Of a stretch of 64,000 nucleotides of DNA, positions 47,401-61,417 are shown in pieces; within the stretch, counting starts at the first letter, position 1; each line of letters starts with the position of its first letter. Below the pieces are notes generated by a model that searched no databases, had not been told where the DNA came from, and saw nothing but the letters and a program-made list of their open reading frames with translations. The position numbers and the translations under genes were made by a program. Origin of the DNA: Eledone cirrhosa (Eukaryota); the NCBI GenBank assembly GCA_964016885.1, contig OZ024760.1, positions 27,466,001 through 27,530,000 on the forward strand, written 5' to 3'.

Positions 47401-47497
47401 CCCCGGGGGTGTGTAACATGTACTTATAAAGAGCCCCGGGGGTATGTTACATGTACTTATAAAGAGCCCCGGGGGTATGTTACATGTACTTATAAAG
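41470..47497. repeat. ~6-kb satellite of 31-33-bp units
   Basis: Unit AAAGAGCCCCGGGGGTATGTAACATGTACTTAT and variants, roughly 185 copies. Confidence 0.97.
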
Positions 47498-47539
47498 AAA
47501 GTGAGATGTTTGCCAGTAATGATTCAAAATAATACTTAA

Positions 47540-47900
47540 AATTGTTTCTACTTTTGGCACAAGGCCAGCAATTACCCCAGTACATTACTGGTACTTTATT
47601 TTATCGACCCCGTAAGGATGAAAGGCTAAGTTAACCTCGGCGGGATGTGAACTGAGAACGTAATGGGACGTAACTCTATGCTTCAAAGCATGGCGTCTGA
47701 CGTTCTACCAATACTGTCAATGATTTCTTCTATAGGCACGAGGTCAGCAATTTAGGGGAATGGGGGAAAGTCGATTAAATTGACCCTAGTGCGTGGCTGG
47801 TACTTTATTTTATCGACCCCGTAAGGATGATTAGCAAAGCTAACATCGGCGGGATTTGAACTGAGATCATAAAGGGCCGTAACTCTATGCTGCCAATACC
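47540..47900 (-). mobile_element. Two tandem Meta-type SINE copies
   Basis: GGTACTTTATTTTATCGACCCCGTAAGGATG occurs twice (~47590 and ~47800), each followed by the reverse B-box. Confidence 0.75.
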
Positions 47901-47955
47901 GCCAATCCACCGCCCGTAGAGTATATTATTATTGTAGTTTGCTTGAATCATTGTA

Positions 47956-48031
<76 letters not shown>

Positions 48032-48061
48032 AAAGAATAGAGGTGTAACACACGAGTTATG

Positions 48062-48392
48062 ATATATTGGTAAAAGGAAAAGAAAATGCCGACAATAGTT
48101 TAATTAGGAATAAGTAAAAATTAGTAATAGTATTGGTTAGTATTCAGTTTTGGTTTTAAGTTTTACCGGTTGCGCATTTCTAATGCTTTTCAAAAATAAT
48201 TTTGAGATGGAGCGCCCGTGATGTTTGCTTTGAAAAGCATTAGAAATGCGCAACCGGTAAAACTTAAAACCGCAACCGGTAAAACTTAAAACCAAAACTG
48301 AATACTAACCAATACTATTACTAATTTTTACTTATTCCTAATTAAACTATTTTTCACTGGGAAAAATTTGTCGGCATTTTCTTTTCCTTTTA

Positions 48393-48400
<8 letters not shown>
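48062..48400. repeat. Fold-back unit (~130-170-bp inverted arms) next to (TA)n
   Basis: 48062-48195 versus 48229-48400; the right arm has a 21-bp duplication and an extra small hairpin. Confidence 0.85.
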
Positions 48401-48428
<28 letters not shown>

Positions 48429-48586
48429 AGAAAACGAAGTCAGTGATGCATCTGAACTCAATTTATTGTGTGTTACAATTGTTTCGGCGGCGGACAGCTC
48501 GAGACGCGATCATTGTGTGGATCTGTCTCATTCTGGACCCGCAGGTTCGACGGACACGTCTAATGATTTCGGAGCATATTCTCTTA

Positions 48587-48641
<55 letters not shown>

Positions 48642-48643
<2 letters not shown>

Positions 48644-49127
48644 CAATGAAGAGGCGGACTTTCAAGTCTCTACGAAGGTCCGACTTCCACACCGATCTCA
48701 AGATGTAGTGGAGTCTGTGCTGCTGTATGGGTCTGAGACTTGGACACTGACCAAGAAACTCACTCAGATGGTGGATGGGTGCTACACGAGAATGTTGAGG
48801 ATGGCTCTGAACATTAATCAGTATACACTGAGGATGAAAAACTCAGAGCTGTATGGGAGCATCCCAAAAGTCAGCTCAAGAGTGACACAGAGGAGACTGA
48901 GGTTAGCTGGACATGCTCACCGACATCCAGAGTTGACATTGCACTCAGTGCTCCTTTGGGAGCCCCTACATGGACACACTAGAAGAGGAAGACCAAGGTT
49001 AACGTATGTTGATGCCCCAAGGACAGACACTGGTCTGTTGGAGACGTAGGACATGGCAGCGATAATGAGGGACAGAGACCGCTGGAGAGAACTCGTCCAT
49101 GGATCTCGGGAATTTTACCCGCCTTAG
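48642..49127 (+). mobile_element. RTE-like LINE 3' fragment
   Basis: ESVLLYGSETWTL..DGCYTRMLR..RRLRLAGH..LWEP.HG..RGRP. Confidence 0.85.
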
Positions 49128-49190
49128 ATAGATATATATATATATATATACGATATTAATAAATGGAAACTATATTTATAAAACCATATT

Positions 49191-49255
49191 TATTTCATTA
49201 TACATATTTCAAGGACACCAAGTTAAATTATGGTGTGCTTTCATCAGATAAAATA
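49191..49255 (-). ncRNA. Minimal type I hammerhead ribozyme (mirror copy)
   Basis: Reverse complement of 49431-49495. Confidence 0.78.
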
Positions 49256-49430
49256 TAATATAGATCAGTTTTATAAATAAATATTGACATACCCTTAAAG
49301 AATGCGACCATTTCTGTTGGAAGCTCCCGGATAGTCCAACAGATAGTCCAACTATCCGGAAGATTCCAACAAAAATGGTCGCATTCTTTAAGGGTATGTC
49401 AATATTTATTTATAAAACTGATCTATATTA

Positions 49431-49495
49431 TATTTTATCTGATGAAAGCACACCATAATTTAACTTGGTGTCCTTGAAATATGTATAATAAAATA
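49431..49495 (+). ncRNA. Minimal type I hammerhead ribozyme
   Basis: TATTTTAT-CTGATGA-AAGCACACCA/TGGTGTCCTT-GAAA-TATGTA-TA-ATAAAATA. Confidence 0.82.
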
Positions 49496-49619
49496 ATTAT
49501 GATTTTATAAATATAGTTTCCATTTGTTAATATATCGTAGTTTTACTCCAATAATTTGTTGAGTGCTTTATATCAGTTATAAAAATATTTGCTTGTTGTA
49601 TCCCAACAATTTAAATAGA

Positions 49620-49687
<68 letters not shown>

Positions 49688-49754
49688 TAACAGATTAAAG
49701 TTTAAGCAAAGAACCGAGCCCTCTTCGGATTTTTGTCTTCATAATTATTATTAT

Positions 49755-49840
<86 letters not shown>

Positions 49841-50279
49841 GTATATATATAACGTTGAAAGAGATAGAAAGCTAAACATTACAAAATGGACTGTAAGAAG
49901 AGGTAACGAAAAGTAAAAGTTATTTGGTAATCTTCGTTTTGTATTTTGTTGTTGTTGAAAGGTATTGACTAAAACAACATAATATGAAATAAAAAATCAA
50001 CCTATATAAAAGGTCCCTAAGAAAAGGTCCCTAAGAAAAGATCCTTAAGAAAAGAAGGAACAAAGTCTAAATACCAGAAACGACGGTGACTGAATTAAAA
50101 TGGCGGTTTAAGAAAATAAAATGATGGCGGTACAAGTGTGAACAATGTTATGGTGATACATTGTTGTTCTATTGAGGAGTTGAAGTCAGTCTAGTCCGCC
50201 TATTGTAATAGAAAGACGTTAGTTAATGGAAGAAAAACAAACGATAGTTTTTCTTGTATATATAAATATATATATACGA

Positions 50280-53200
50280 GAGAGAGGAGATATAGAGGGA
50301 GAGCGGGAGCGAGGGATATAGAGGGAGGGAGGGAGAGTGGGAGAGAGCGGGAGGGAGGGAGAGTGGGAGAGAGCGGGAGAGAGAGGGCGGGGAAGGGTGG
50401 GGCAGTGGGGGAGGGAGGGAGGGAGGGAGGGAGAGCGTGGGAGGGGGAGGGAGGGGGGGGGGGGGGAGAAGGAGAGCGGGAGCGAGAGAGAGAGGGAGCG
50501 AGAGCGGGAGCGAGAGAGAGAGGGATGGAGAGCGGGAGCGAGAGAGAGCGGGAGGGAGAGCGGGATAGAGCGGGAGCGAGAGAGAGGGGGAGCGGAAGCG
50601 AGAGAGAGGTGGAGAGCGGGAGCGAGAGAGAGCGAGAGAGAGAAGGAGAGCCGGAGCGAGAGAGAAAGAGAACGAGAGAGAGAGAGAACGAAAGAGAGAA
50701 CGAGAGCTAGAACGACAGAGAGAGAACGACAGAGAGAGAACGAGAGAGAGAACGACAGAGAGAGAACGAGAGAGAGAACGACAGAGAGAGAGAACGAGAG
50801 AGCGAACGAGAGCGAGAACGAGAGAGAGAACGACAGAGAGAGAACGACAGAGAGAGAACGAGAGAGAGAACAACAGAGAGAGAACGAGAGAGAGAACAAG
50901 AGCGAGAACGACAGAGAGAGAACGAGAGAGAGAACGAGAGAGAGAACGACAGAGAGAGAGAACGAGAGAGAGAACGAGAGCGAGAACGACAGAGAGAGAA
51001 CGAGTGAGAGAACGAGAGAGAGAACGACAGAGAGAGAGAACGAGAGAGAGAACGAGAGCGAGAACGACAGAGAGAGAACGAGAGAGAGAACGAGAGCGAG
51101 AACGACAGAGAGAGAACGAGAGAGAGAACGACAGAGAGAGAACGAGAGAGAGAACGACAGAGAGAGAACGAGAGAGAGAACGACAGAGAGAACGAGAGAG
51201 AGAACGACAGAGAGAGAACGAGAGAGAGAACGACAGAGAGAGAACGAGAGAGAGAACGACAGAGAGAGAGAACGAGAGAGAGAACGACAGAGAGAGAACG
51301 AGAGCGAGAACGACAGAGAGAGAACGAGAGCGAGAACGACAGAGAGAGAACGAGAGAGAGAACGACAGAAGGAAAACGACAGAGAGAGAACGAGAGCGAG
51401 AACGACAGAGAGAGAACGAGAGCGAGAACGACAGAGAGAGAACGAGAGAGAGAACGACAGAGAGAACGAGAGCGAGAACGACAGAGAGAGAACGAGTGAG
51501 AGAACGACAGAGAGAGAACGACAGAGAGAACGACAGAGAGAGAACGAGAGCGAGAACGACAGAGAGAACGAGAGAGAGAACGACAGAGAGAAAACGAGAG
51601 AGAGAACGACAGAGAGAGAACGAGAGAGAGAACGACAGAGAGAGAACGAGAGCGAGAACGAAAGAGAGAGAACGAGAGAGAGAACGAGAGCGAGAACGAC
51701 AGAGAGAGAACGAGAGAGAGAACGACAGAGAGAGAACGAGAGAGAGAACGACAGAGAGAGAACGAGAGAGAGAACGACAGAGAGAGAACAAGAGAGAGAA
51801 CGACAGAGAGAGAACGAGAGAGAGAACGACAGAGAGAGAACGAGAGCGAGAATGACAGAGAGAACGAGAGAAAGAACGACAGAGAGAGAACGAGAGAGAG
51901 AACGACAGAGAGAGAACGAGAGAGAGAACGACAGAGAGAGAACGAGAGCGAGAACGACAGAGAGAGAACGAGAGCGAGAACGACAGAGAGAGAACGAGAG
52001 AGAGAACGACAGAGAGAGAACGAGAGCGAGAACGACAGAGAGAGAACGAGAGCGAGAACGACAGAGAGAGAACGAGAGAGAGAACGAGAGCGAGAACGAC
52101 AGAGAGAGAACGAGAGCGAGAACGACAGAGAGAGAACGAGAGAGAGAACGAGAGCGAGAACGACAGAGAGAGAACGAGAGAGAGAACGAGAGAGAGAACG
52201 AGAGAGAGAACGAGAGCGAGAACGACAGAGAGAGAACGAGAGAGAGAACGAGAGAGAGAACGACAGAGAGAGAGAACGAGAGAGAGAACGAGAGCGAGAA
52301 CGACAGAGAGAGAACGAGAGAGAGAACGAGAGCGAGAACGACAGAGAGAGAACGAGAGAGAGAACGACAGAGAGAGAACGGGAGCGAGAACGACAGAGAG
52401 AACGACAGAGAGAGAACGAGAGAGAGAACGACAGAGAGAGAACGAGAGAGAGAACGACAGAGAGAGAACGAGAGAGAGAACGACAGAGTGAGAGAACGAG
52501 AGAGAGAACGACAGAGAGAGAACGAGAGCGAGAACGACAGAGAGAGAACGAGAGCGAGAACGACAGAGAGAAAACGACAGAGAGAGAACGACAGAGAGAG
52601 AACGAGAGCGAGAACGACAGAGAGAGAATGAGAGAGAGAACGACAGAGAGAGAACGACAGAGAGAGAATGAGAGCGAGAACGACAGAGAGAGAACGAGAG
52701 AGAGAACGAGAGCGAGAACGACAGAGAGAGAACGAGAGAGAGAACGACAGAGAGAGAACGAGAGAGAGAACGACAGAGAGAGAACGAGAGCGAGAACGAC
52801 AGAGAGAACGAGAGAGAGAACGACAGAGAGAGAACGAGAGAGAGAACGACAGAGAGAGAACGAGAGAGAGAACGACAGAGAGAGAACGAGAGCGAGAACG
52901 ACAGAGAGAGAACGAGAGAGAGAACGAGAGCGAGAACGACAGAGAGAGAACGAGAGAGAGAACGACAGAGAGAGAACGAGAGCGAGAACGACAGAGAGAA
53001 CGAGAGAGAGAACGACAGAGAGAGAACGAGAGAGAGAACGACAGAGAGAGAACGAGAGAGAGAACGACAGAGAGAGAACGAGAGAGAGAACGACAGAGAG
53101 AGAACGAGAGCGAGAATGACAGAGAGAACGAGAGAAAGAACGACAGAGAGAGAACGAGAGAGAGAACGACAGAGAGAGAACGAGGAAAGAGAACGACAGA

Positions 53201-55033
53201 GAGAGAACGAGAGCGAGAACGACAGAGAGAGAACGAGAGCGAGAACGAGAGCGAGAACGACAGAGAGAGAACGAGAGAGAGAACGACAGAGAGAGAACGA
53301 GAGCGAGAACGACAGAGAGAGAACGAGAGCGAGAACGACAGAGAGAGAACGAGAGCGAGAACGACAGAGAGAGAACGACAGAGAGAGAACGACAGAGAGA
53401 GAACGAGAGAGAGAACGACAGAGAGAGAACGAGAGAGAGAACGACAGAGAGAGAACGAGAGCGAGAACGACAGAGAGAGAACGAGAGCGAGAATGACAGA
53501 GAGAACGAGAGAAAGAACGACAGAGAGAGAACGAGAGAGAGAACGACAGAGAGAGAACGAGGAAAGAGAACGACAGAGAGAGAACGAGAGCGAGAACGAC
53601 AGAGAGAGAACGAGAGCGAGAACGAGAGCGAGAACGACAGAGAGAGAACGAGAGAGAGAACGACAGAGAGAGAACGAGAGAGAGAACGACAGAGAGAGAA
53701 CGAGAGCGAGAACGACAGAGAGAACGAGAGAGAGAACGACAGAGAGAGAACGAGAGAGAGAACGACAGAGAGAGAACGAGAGCGAGAACGACAGAGAGAG
53801 AACGAGAGCGAGAACGACAGAGAGAGAACGAGAGCGAGAACGACAGAGAGAGAACGAGAGAGAGAACGACAGAGAGAGAACGAGAGCGAGAACGACAGAG
53901 AGAGAACGAGAGCGAGAACGACAGAGAGAGAACGAGAGAGAGAACGAGAGCGAGAACGACAGAGAGAGAACGAGAGCGAGAACGACAGAGAGAGAACGAG
54001 AGAGAGAACGAGAGCGAGAACGACAGAGAGAGAACGAGAGAGAGAACGAGAGAGAGAACGAGAGCGAGAACGACAGAGAGAGAACGAGAGAGAGAACGAC
54101 AGAGAGAGAACGAGAGCGAGAACGACAGAGAGAGAACGAGAGCGAGAACGACAGAGAGAGAGAACGAGAGAGAGAACGAGAGCGAGAACGACAGAGAGAG
54201 AACGAGAGAGAGAACGACAGAGAGAGAACGAGAGCGAGAACGACAGAGAGAGAACGAGAGCGAGAACGACAGAGAGAGAACGAGAGCGAGAACGACAGAG
54301 AGAGAACAACAGAGAGAGAACGAGAGCGAGAACGAGAGAGAGAGAACGAGAGCGAGAACGACAGAGAGAGAACGAGAGAGAGAACGAGAGCGAGAACGAC
54401 AGAGAGAGAACGAGAGCGAGAACGACAGAGAGAGAACGAGAGAGAGAACGAGAGCGAGAACGACAGAGAGAGAACGAGAGCGAGAACTACAGAGAGAGAA
54501 CGAGAGAGAGAACGAGAGCGAAAACGACAGAGAGAGAACGAGAGAGAGAACGACAGAGAGAGAACGAGAGCGAGAACGACAGAGAGAGAACGAGACAGAG
54601 AACGAGAGCGAGAACGACAGAGAGAGAACGAGAGAGAGAACGACAGAGAGAGAACGAGAGCGAGAACGAGAGCGAGAACGACAGAGAGAGAACGAGAGCG
54701 AGAACGACAGAGAGAGAACGACAGAGAGAGAACGACAGAGAGAGAACGAGAGAGAGAACGAGAGCGAGAACGACAGAGAGAGAACGACAGAGAGAGAACG
54801 AGAGCGAGAACGACAGAGAGAGAACGAGAGCGAGAACGACAGAGAGAGAACGAGAGCGAGAACGACAGAGAGAGAACGAGAGCGAGAACGACAGAGAGAG
54901 AACGACAGAGAGAGAACGACAGAGAGAGAACGACAGAGAGAGAACGAGAGAGAGAACGACAGAGAGAGAACGAGAGAGAGAACGACAGAGAGAGAACGAG
55001 AGCGAGAACGACAGAGAGAGAACGAGAGCGAGA
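50280..55033. repeat. Purine-rich satellite: G-rich lead-in, then 12-14-bp GAACGA(C/G)AGAGA units
   Basis: Directly visible; T nearly absent from the plus strand. Confidence 0.97.
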
Positions 55034-55800
55034 CCTTTGGTGGAATGATGTTAGAGATTTGTCAATGTCAGATCTGATGACAAAACCAACAGCCGATTAA
55101 TGGAGGTTTTCTTCACTGTTTCCAGACCAGAAAACTGAGTAGCCCTCTCTCACCTCTTCCATTTGGGACATGCCAGGGTGTCTGGTCTCACTTACTACAC
55201 AGATATCAATACTGTATCTGTTGAGTGCATTACAGATGAGGGTTGATCTTATTTCCAAGATGGAGTCACTGTCTTGGAGTGTCTTTACATTCCAGGAACC
55301 AAACGTTAAACATTTTCTTTTCCGTTTGTTTTGACCCCATATTTGGATAACCAGACAGTGGTAGGGCTCCCTTTATTTCCCCATTCCTGTGTAGGAAAAG
55401 CAGTACTATGTCTTAAAAAGACCTGCTTTGTCACCATCAGAGGATACGAACAGCACAAATTACTTTTGTGCACGAACGGCCATCACCTGATGAACGCTAC
55501 TGTGTAGAGCTCAAGCTAAGGACTTCCAATAATACCCTTTACTTGTCCCTGTCACCTTTGCTCTCTCGCCCTTGGGCTTTGAATTAGTGAACTGGCAGAG
55601 CTGTTGATCTACCCACACAGAGAACTGTTTACAGGGGTGAATCTGCGCGAAATTCCTTCCTTGCTCACATTTCAACCAGGTTTGATGGTCTTTATTCTCT
55701 CGTTCACGATTTCACCGAACTTAAATTCATAGAAATCTGGGACTTGTCTCTTTCTTCCTCACTTTCTGTTGCTTCACCATTTTGTTTGTTTACCCTCGCG
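55034..55800 (-). mobile_element. RTE-clade LINE 5' fragment (UTR plus APE endonuclease N-terminus)
   Basis: Minus strand: LTFGSWNVKTL..RYSIDICVVSETR..GYSVFWSG..VGF; truncated at the GA satellite; UTR boundary approximate. Confidence 0.75.
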
Positions 55801-55956
55801 TCCCTTTTATTTACGTGTCCCAACGACTTTTTTTAGCCGTTGCTCGCACCAACCGGAGGTATATGGTCTTTAAAGCGATGAAATGCCTATGATGGTTGGA
55901 TGAAGGACAAACTTTTTTCATATGTAACCCATTTGCAACTCCGCAGCGCCCTTATT

Positions 55957-58480
<2,524 letters not shown>

Positions 58481-58574
58481 AATTGTTTCTACTTTAGGCA
58501 CAAGATCACAATTTGGGGAGAGGAAAAAGTCGATTAAATCGACACTAGTGAATTACTGATACTTTATTGCCACC

Positions 58575-58860
58575 GATAGGTTTGAGGGGAGGAAGGGGTT
58601 AGGTTTGAGTGGAGGGGGTTAGGTTTGAGGAGAGAGGGGTAGGTTTGAGGGAGGGAGTTAGGTTTTATGGGAGGGGGTTAGTTTTTAGGGTAGGGGAGGT
58701 TTTATGGAAGTCGATTACATTATAGGCGAAAGGGGCTAGAATTTTGCGAAGGGGTTACAATTTCGGGGAGTGGGTAGGTTTAGGGATAAATGATTATATT
58801 TTAGGGAAAGGGAGCAGATTTTAGGGGTTGGGGTAGGTTTTAAGGGAGAGGTGGTTAGAT
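58575..58860 (+). repeat. Degenerate G-rich repeat (AGGTTTGAGG../TTAGGG-like)
   Basis: Recurring TAGGTTTGAG and G-runs. Confidence 0.6.
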
Positions 58861-58962
58861 TTTCGATGAAGATGGGAATGATCTTTTTGTTTTTATATTG
58901 TATTTATTGAATTTCATCATCATCATCATCATCATTATTATTATTATCATCATCGTTATTAT

Positions 58963-59268
58963 AGGCTGGCTAACTTGAGGAGAGGGGTGCTCTCCCTGGG
59001 TGCCTTAGAAGCGCAGGGTGATTCAGGATTGGTGGTGTACCCGAATCACCCCAGGGTCGTCCACCCCCTATCGGGGAATTTATTTTGTTATATTTATGCA
59101 TAGTTTATTTTATATTTTTATATTTTCATTGTTAAATTAGTCTTGCCATTGTGCACTTTTACTCGACCTTATTGCAAACCCCCCACTGTCCCTGTCTTTG
59201 TATTGTCCCCTACATGTCGGCCCTTGTGGCTAATAAATGAAATCGTTATTATTATTATTATTATTATT
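58963..59268 (+). mobile_element. Probable 3' end of a LINE with AATAAA and (TTA)n tail
   Basis: Bounded by (ATT/ATC)n; T-rich UTR and poly(A) signal at ~59232; family not proven. Confidence 0.4.
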
Positions 59269-59477
59269 GACGAAAGTGGATGTACGTTTTTTGAAGCTCC
59301 GTGAGTAAGCAATTTTTGAGGATTAATTGTAGAGAATTGTTTATTTTTTGTACCGCTGAAGCATTATAAGACATTAATTTGTATCCTGTGAAGGAATAAC
59401 TCATAATATTTGGGCCTTTTGGCCCAAATATTTGAACTTTATTTTGAAAAAAATAATAATTTTTTTCTCAAAAAAAC

Positions 59478-61388
59478 ATGGCGGAGCCACGCCCCCTAGA
59501 GGCGGGTCTGCTGTCGTGCAACGGCGACTTGAGCGTTGAGAGGAGAGGTGAGGCGAGGAGCGCCACCAGCACGAATGTGAGCAGCGACAGTGCCAGCACC
59601 AACGGGCCGAGCGGCGCGGAAGGTGGTAACAGCGACAACACCAACACCAACAAGCCGAACAGCGCAGACGGTGGTAATAGCGAGAGCACCAACAAAACGA
59701 ACAGCACAGAGAGTAATAGTAGCGACAGCAGCAGCACCAACAAGGCCAACAGCACAGAAGGTAACCACGACACAGGGGAGAACAACAACAGCAATAGCAG
59801 CAGCAACACCAACAAGAACAACAACAGTGACAACACCATCAAGAACACTTTCGCTGCTGTGGCAGCGGCTAAAAGGAGACCATGCTACAGCATCGACTTA
59901 ACCAACAGAGAGGAAAAGTTGGCCCAGGCCTGGAAAATCATAAATCAAGAGCAGACCTGGGCAAACTTAACTGTCCCGGCAGAAGCCATTGAGGCAGTGG
60001 AAAAAAGAACGGTGCATTTCAGATGCATCTCAGTAGAGACAAAGAGGGCAGCGATAATCGCCCAAGCTGACATAGAAGCCGCACTGAAATACATCAGAGA
60101 GGACACAGACTTCATAGAGAGGGGCAGGCAATACGGCACCGTTTCGGTGCTGTTCAAGTCTGAAGCCCTCGCTGTGAAGCATTCAATGACCCCTTGCAAA
60201 ACCAGCAAGGTCATAATGTGCCCCTCCCACATGGGAAAACGAATAGCACGTGTGCGCATTCCCAGGATTCCACCAGGACTTGATATGTGGTGGCTCCTGG
60301 GTTGCGTAATCGTGGAAGGAACGGATACAGTCCCGGTAGAGGCAACGAGAACTGCCAGGGACGACTGGTCCGGGGTTGATCTGGAGATACTGCTCCAAAT
60401 CAGACCCGAAAACGTAAAAACAATCCCGGACCACATCCGCCTCCAAAACGGGAGGGTGTTGCATATAATGACTGAGGGCAAAAGGCCGCATTGTTTCCTT
60501 TGTGGGGAAACGACACACTTGCGAGCCTTCTGCCCTCAACTGCCGAAAAGCGCAAGGGGTCGAAAGATTCCACTGCTGGCGACGCCGGGACAAGGACCAC
60601 CAGCAACACCGTCAACAATGGAACCACCAAAATTGCACACCCAGGGGGGAAACGAGGAAAGCTCTCCCATTCCCCCTCCCCCCCAAAATACACACACGAA
60701 CAAGAACATAAACACTCACTCAGACACAAACACGCTCACAGCCACAGACCCCTCATCCTCCAGCAGTGAAGATGAGGGAAAACCAAAGTCCCCCAAAATA
60801 CAAAAAACAAAACACAAAAAAAAAAGAAATCCACAAAGCACAAACACCCCCACAAAAAAAAATACACACACCACCCACACAAACATTTTCCCCACAGCAT
60901 CACCAACACAACCACCAAAATCCCCCAAACGCAAACAAGCTAAACAGACACAAGAACAAATAGACACACAAACATCAGAAACTACAGACACCCCACCCAC
61001 AACAAACGCAGACACAATAGAAACAACACTAACAAAGCTATCACCACCACAATCACACGAACAAATAAAACCCGAGCAACAAAACATTAAAAACTTCGTG
61101 CTTGCCAGAAGGGCCAACAAGGAATTGATGGCCCATGTAGCACGAAGCACAAACATCGAAAAAGACGGGGAAACATTTGAAGCGAGCACATTTCGCGTAC
61201 CAGATAATTTGCTTCTGATGCGAATGTCGCTCGCTTCATACAAAGAAATTCGAAAGAGCTTTCCTCGGGATGTGGGAACCCCGAACGTAAAACCCACGTC
61301 AAGACTATTAAAGGGGTTCCCAAAAGAAACCCCACAAACCATGGAGGTCGAACCACCCGACCTTCACAAGACCCCGGAAGGTAAGTAA
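59478..61388 (+). CDS. LINE ORF1 protein (636 aa) with CCHC zinc knuckle
   Basis: CFLCGETTHLRAFC, TFAAVAA motif, low-complexity termini; directly upstream of ORF2. Confidence 0.88.
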   Translation: MAEPRPLEAGLLSCNGDLSVERRGEARSATSTNVSSDSASTNGPSGAEGGNSDNTNTNKPNSADGGNSESTNKTNSTESNSSDSSSTNKANSTEGNHDTGENNNSNSSSNTNKNNNSDNTIKNTFAAVAAAKRRPCYSIDLTNREEKLAQAWKIINQEQTWANLTVPAEAIEAVEKRTVHFRCISVETKRAAIIAQADIEAALKYIREDTDFIERGRQYGTVSVLFKSEALAVKHSMTPCKTSKVIMCPSHMGKRIARVRIPRIPPGLDMWWLLGCVIVEGTDTVPVEATRTARDDWSGVDLEILLQIRPENVKTIPDHIRLQNGRVLHIMTEGKRPHCFLCGETTHLRAFCPQLPKSARGRKIPLLATPGQGPPATPSTMEPPKLHTQGGNEESSPIPPPPQNTHTNKNINTHSDTNTLTATDPSSSSSEDEGKPKSPKIQKTKHKKKRNPQSTNTPTKKNTHTTHTNIFPTASPTQPPKSPKRKQAKQTQEQIDTQTSETTDTPPTTNADTIETTLTKLSPPQSHEQIKPEQQNIKNFVLARRANKELMAHVARSTNIEKDGETFEASTFRVPDNLLLMRMSLASYKEIRKSFPRDVGTPNVKPTSRLLKGFPKETPQTMEVEPPDLHKTPEGK

Positions 61389-61417
61389 ACCTTTCCTCTC
61401 CCATTCATCCTGCCAGC

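Larger units (their letters stand above)
49151..49538. mobile_element. Fold-back unit with mirror-image hammerheads (tail continues to ~49622)
   Basis: ~185-bp inverted arms centred near 49345; flanked by (TA)n. Confidence 0.85.

Noticed and set aside
41470-47497. CRISPR-like array or MLHTPGALYKY repeat protein
   Set aside because: No unique spacers, no cas genes and a eukaryotic context; 31/32-bp variants break the frame
41470-47497. Arrayed p53 half-sites or TATA boxes
   Set aside because: TAACATGTAC matches RRRCWWGYYY only partly, and short motifs in a satellite are not evidence of function
50219-55100. Glu/Arg-rich and Ser/Leu-rich ORFs
   Set aside because: Products of the T-free GA satellite; no unique domain
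55485-55520. CTGATGA followed by a small hairpin
   Set aside because: No GAAA box or stem III
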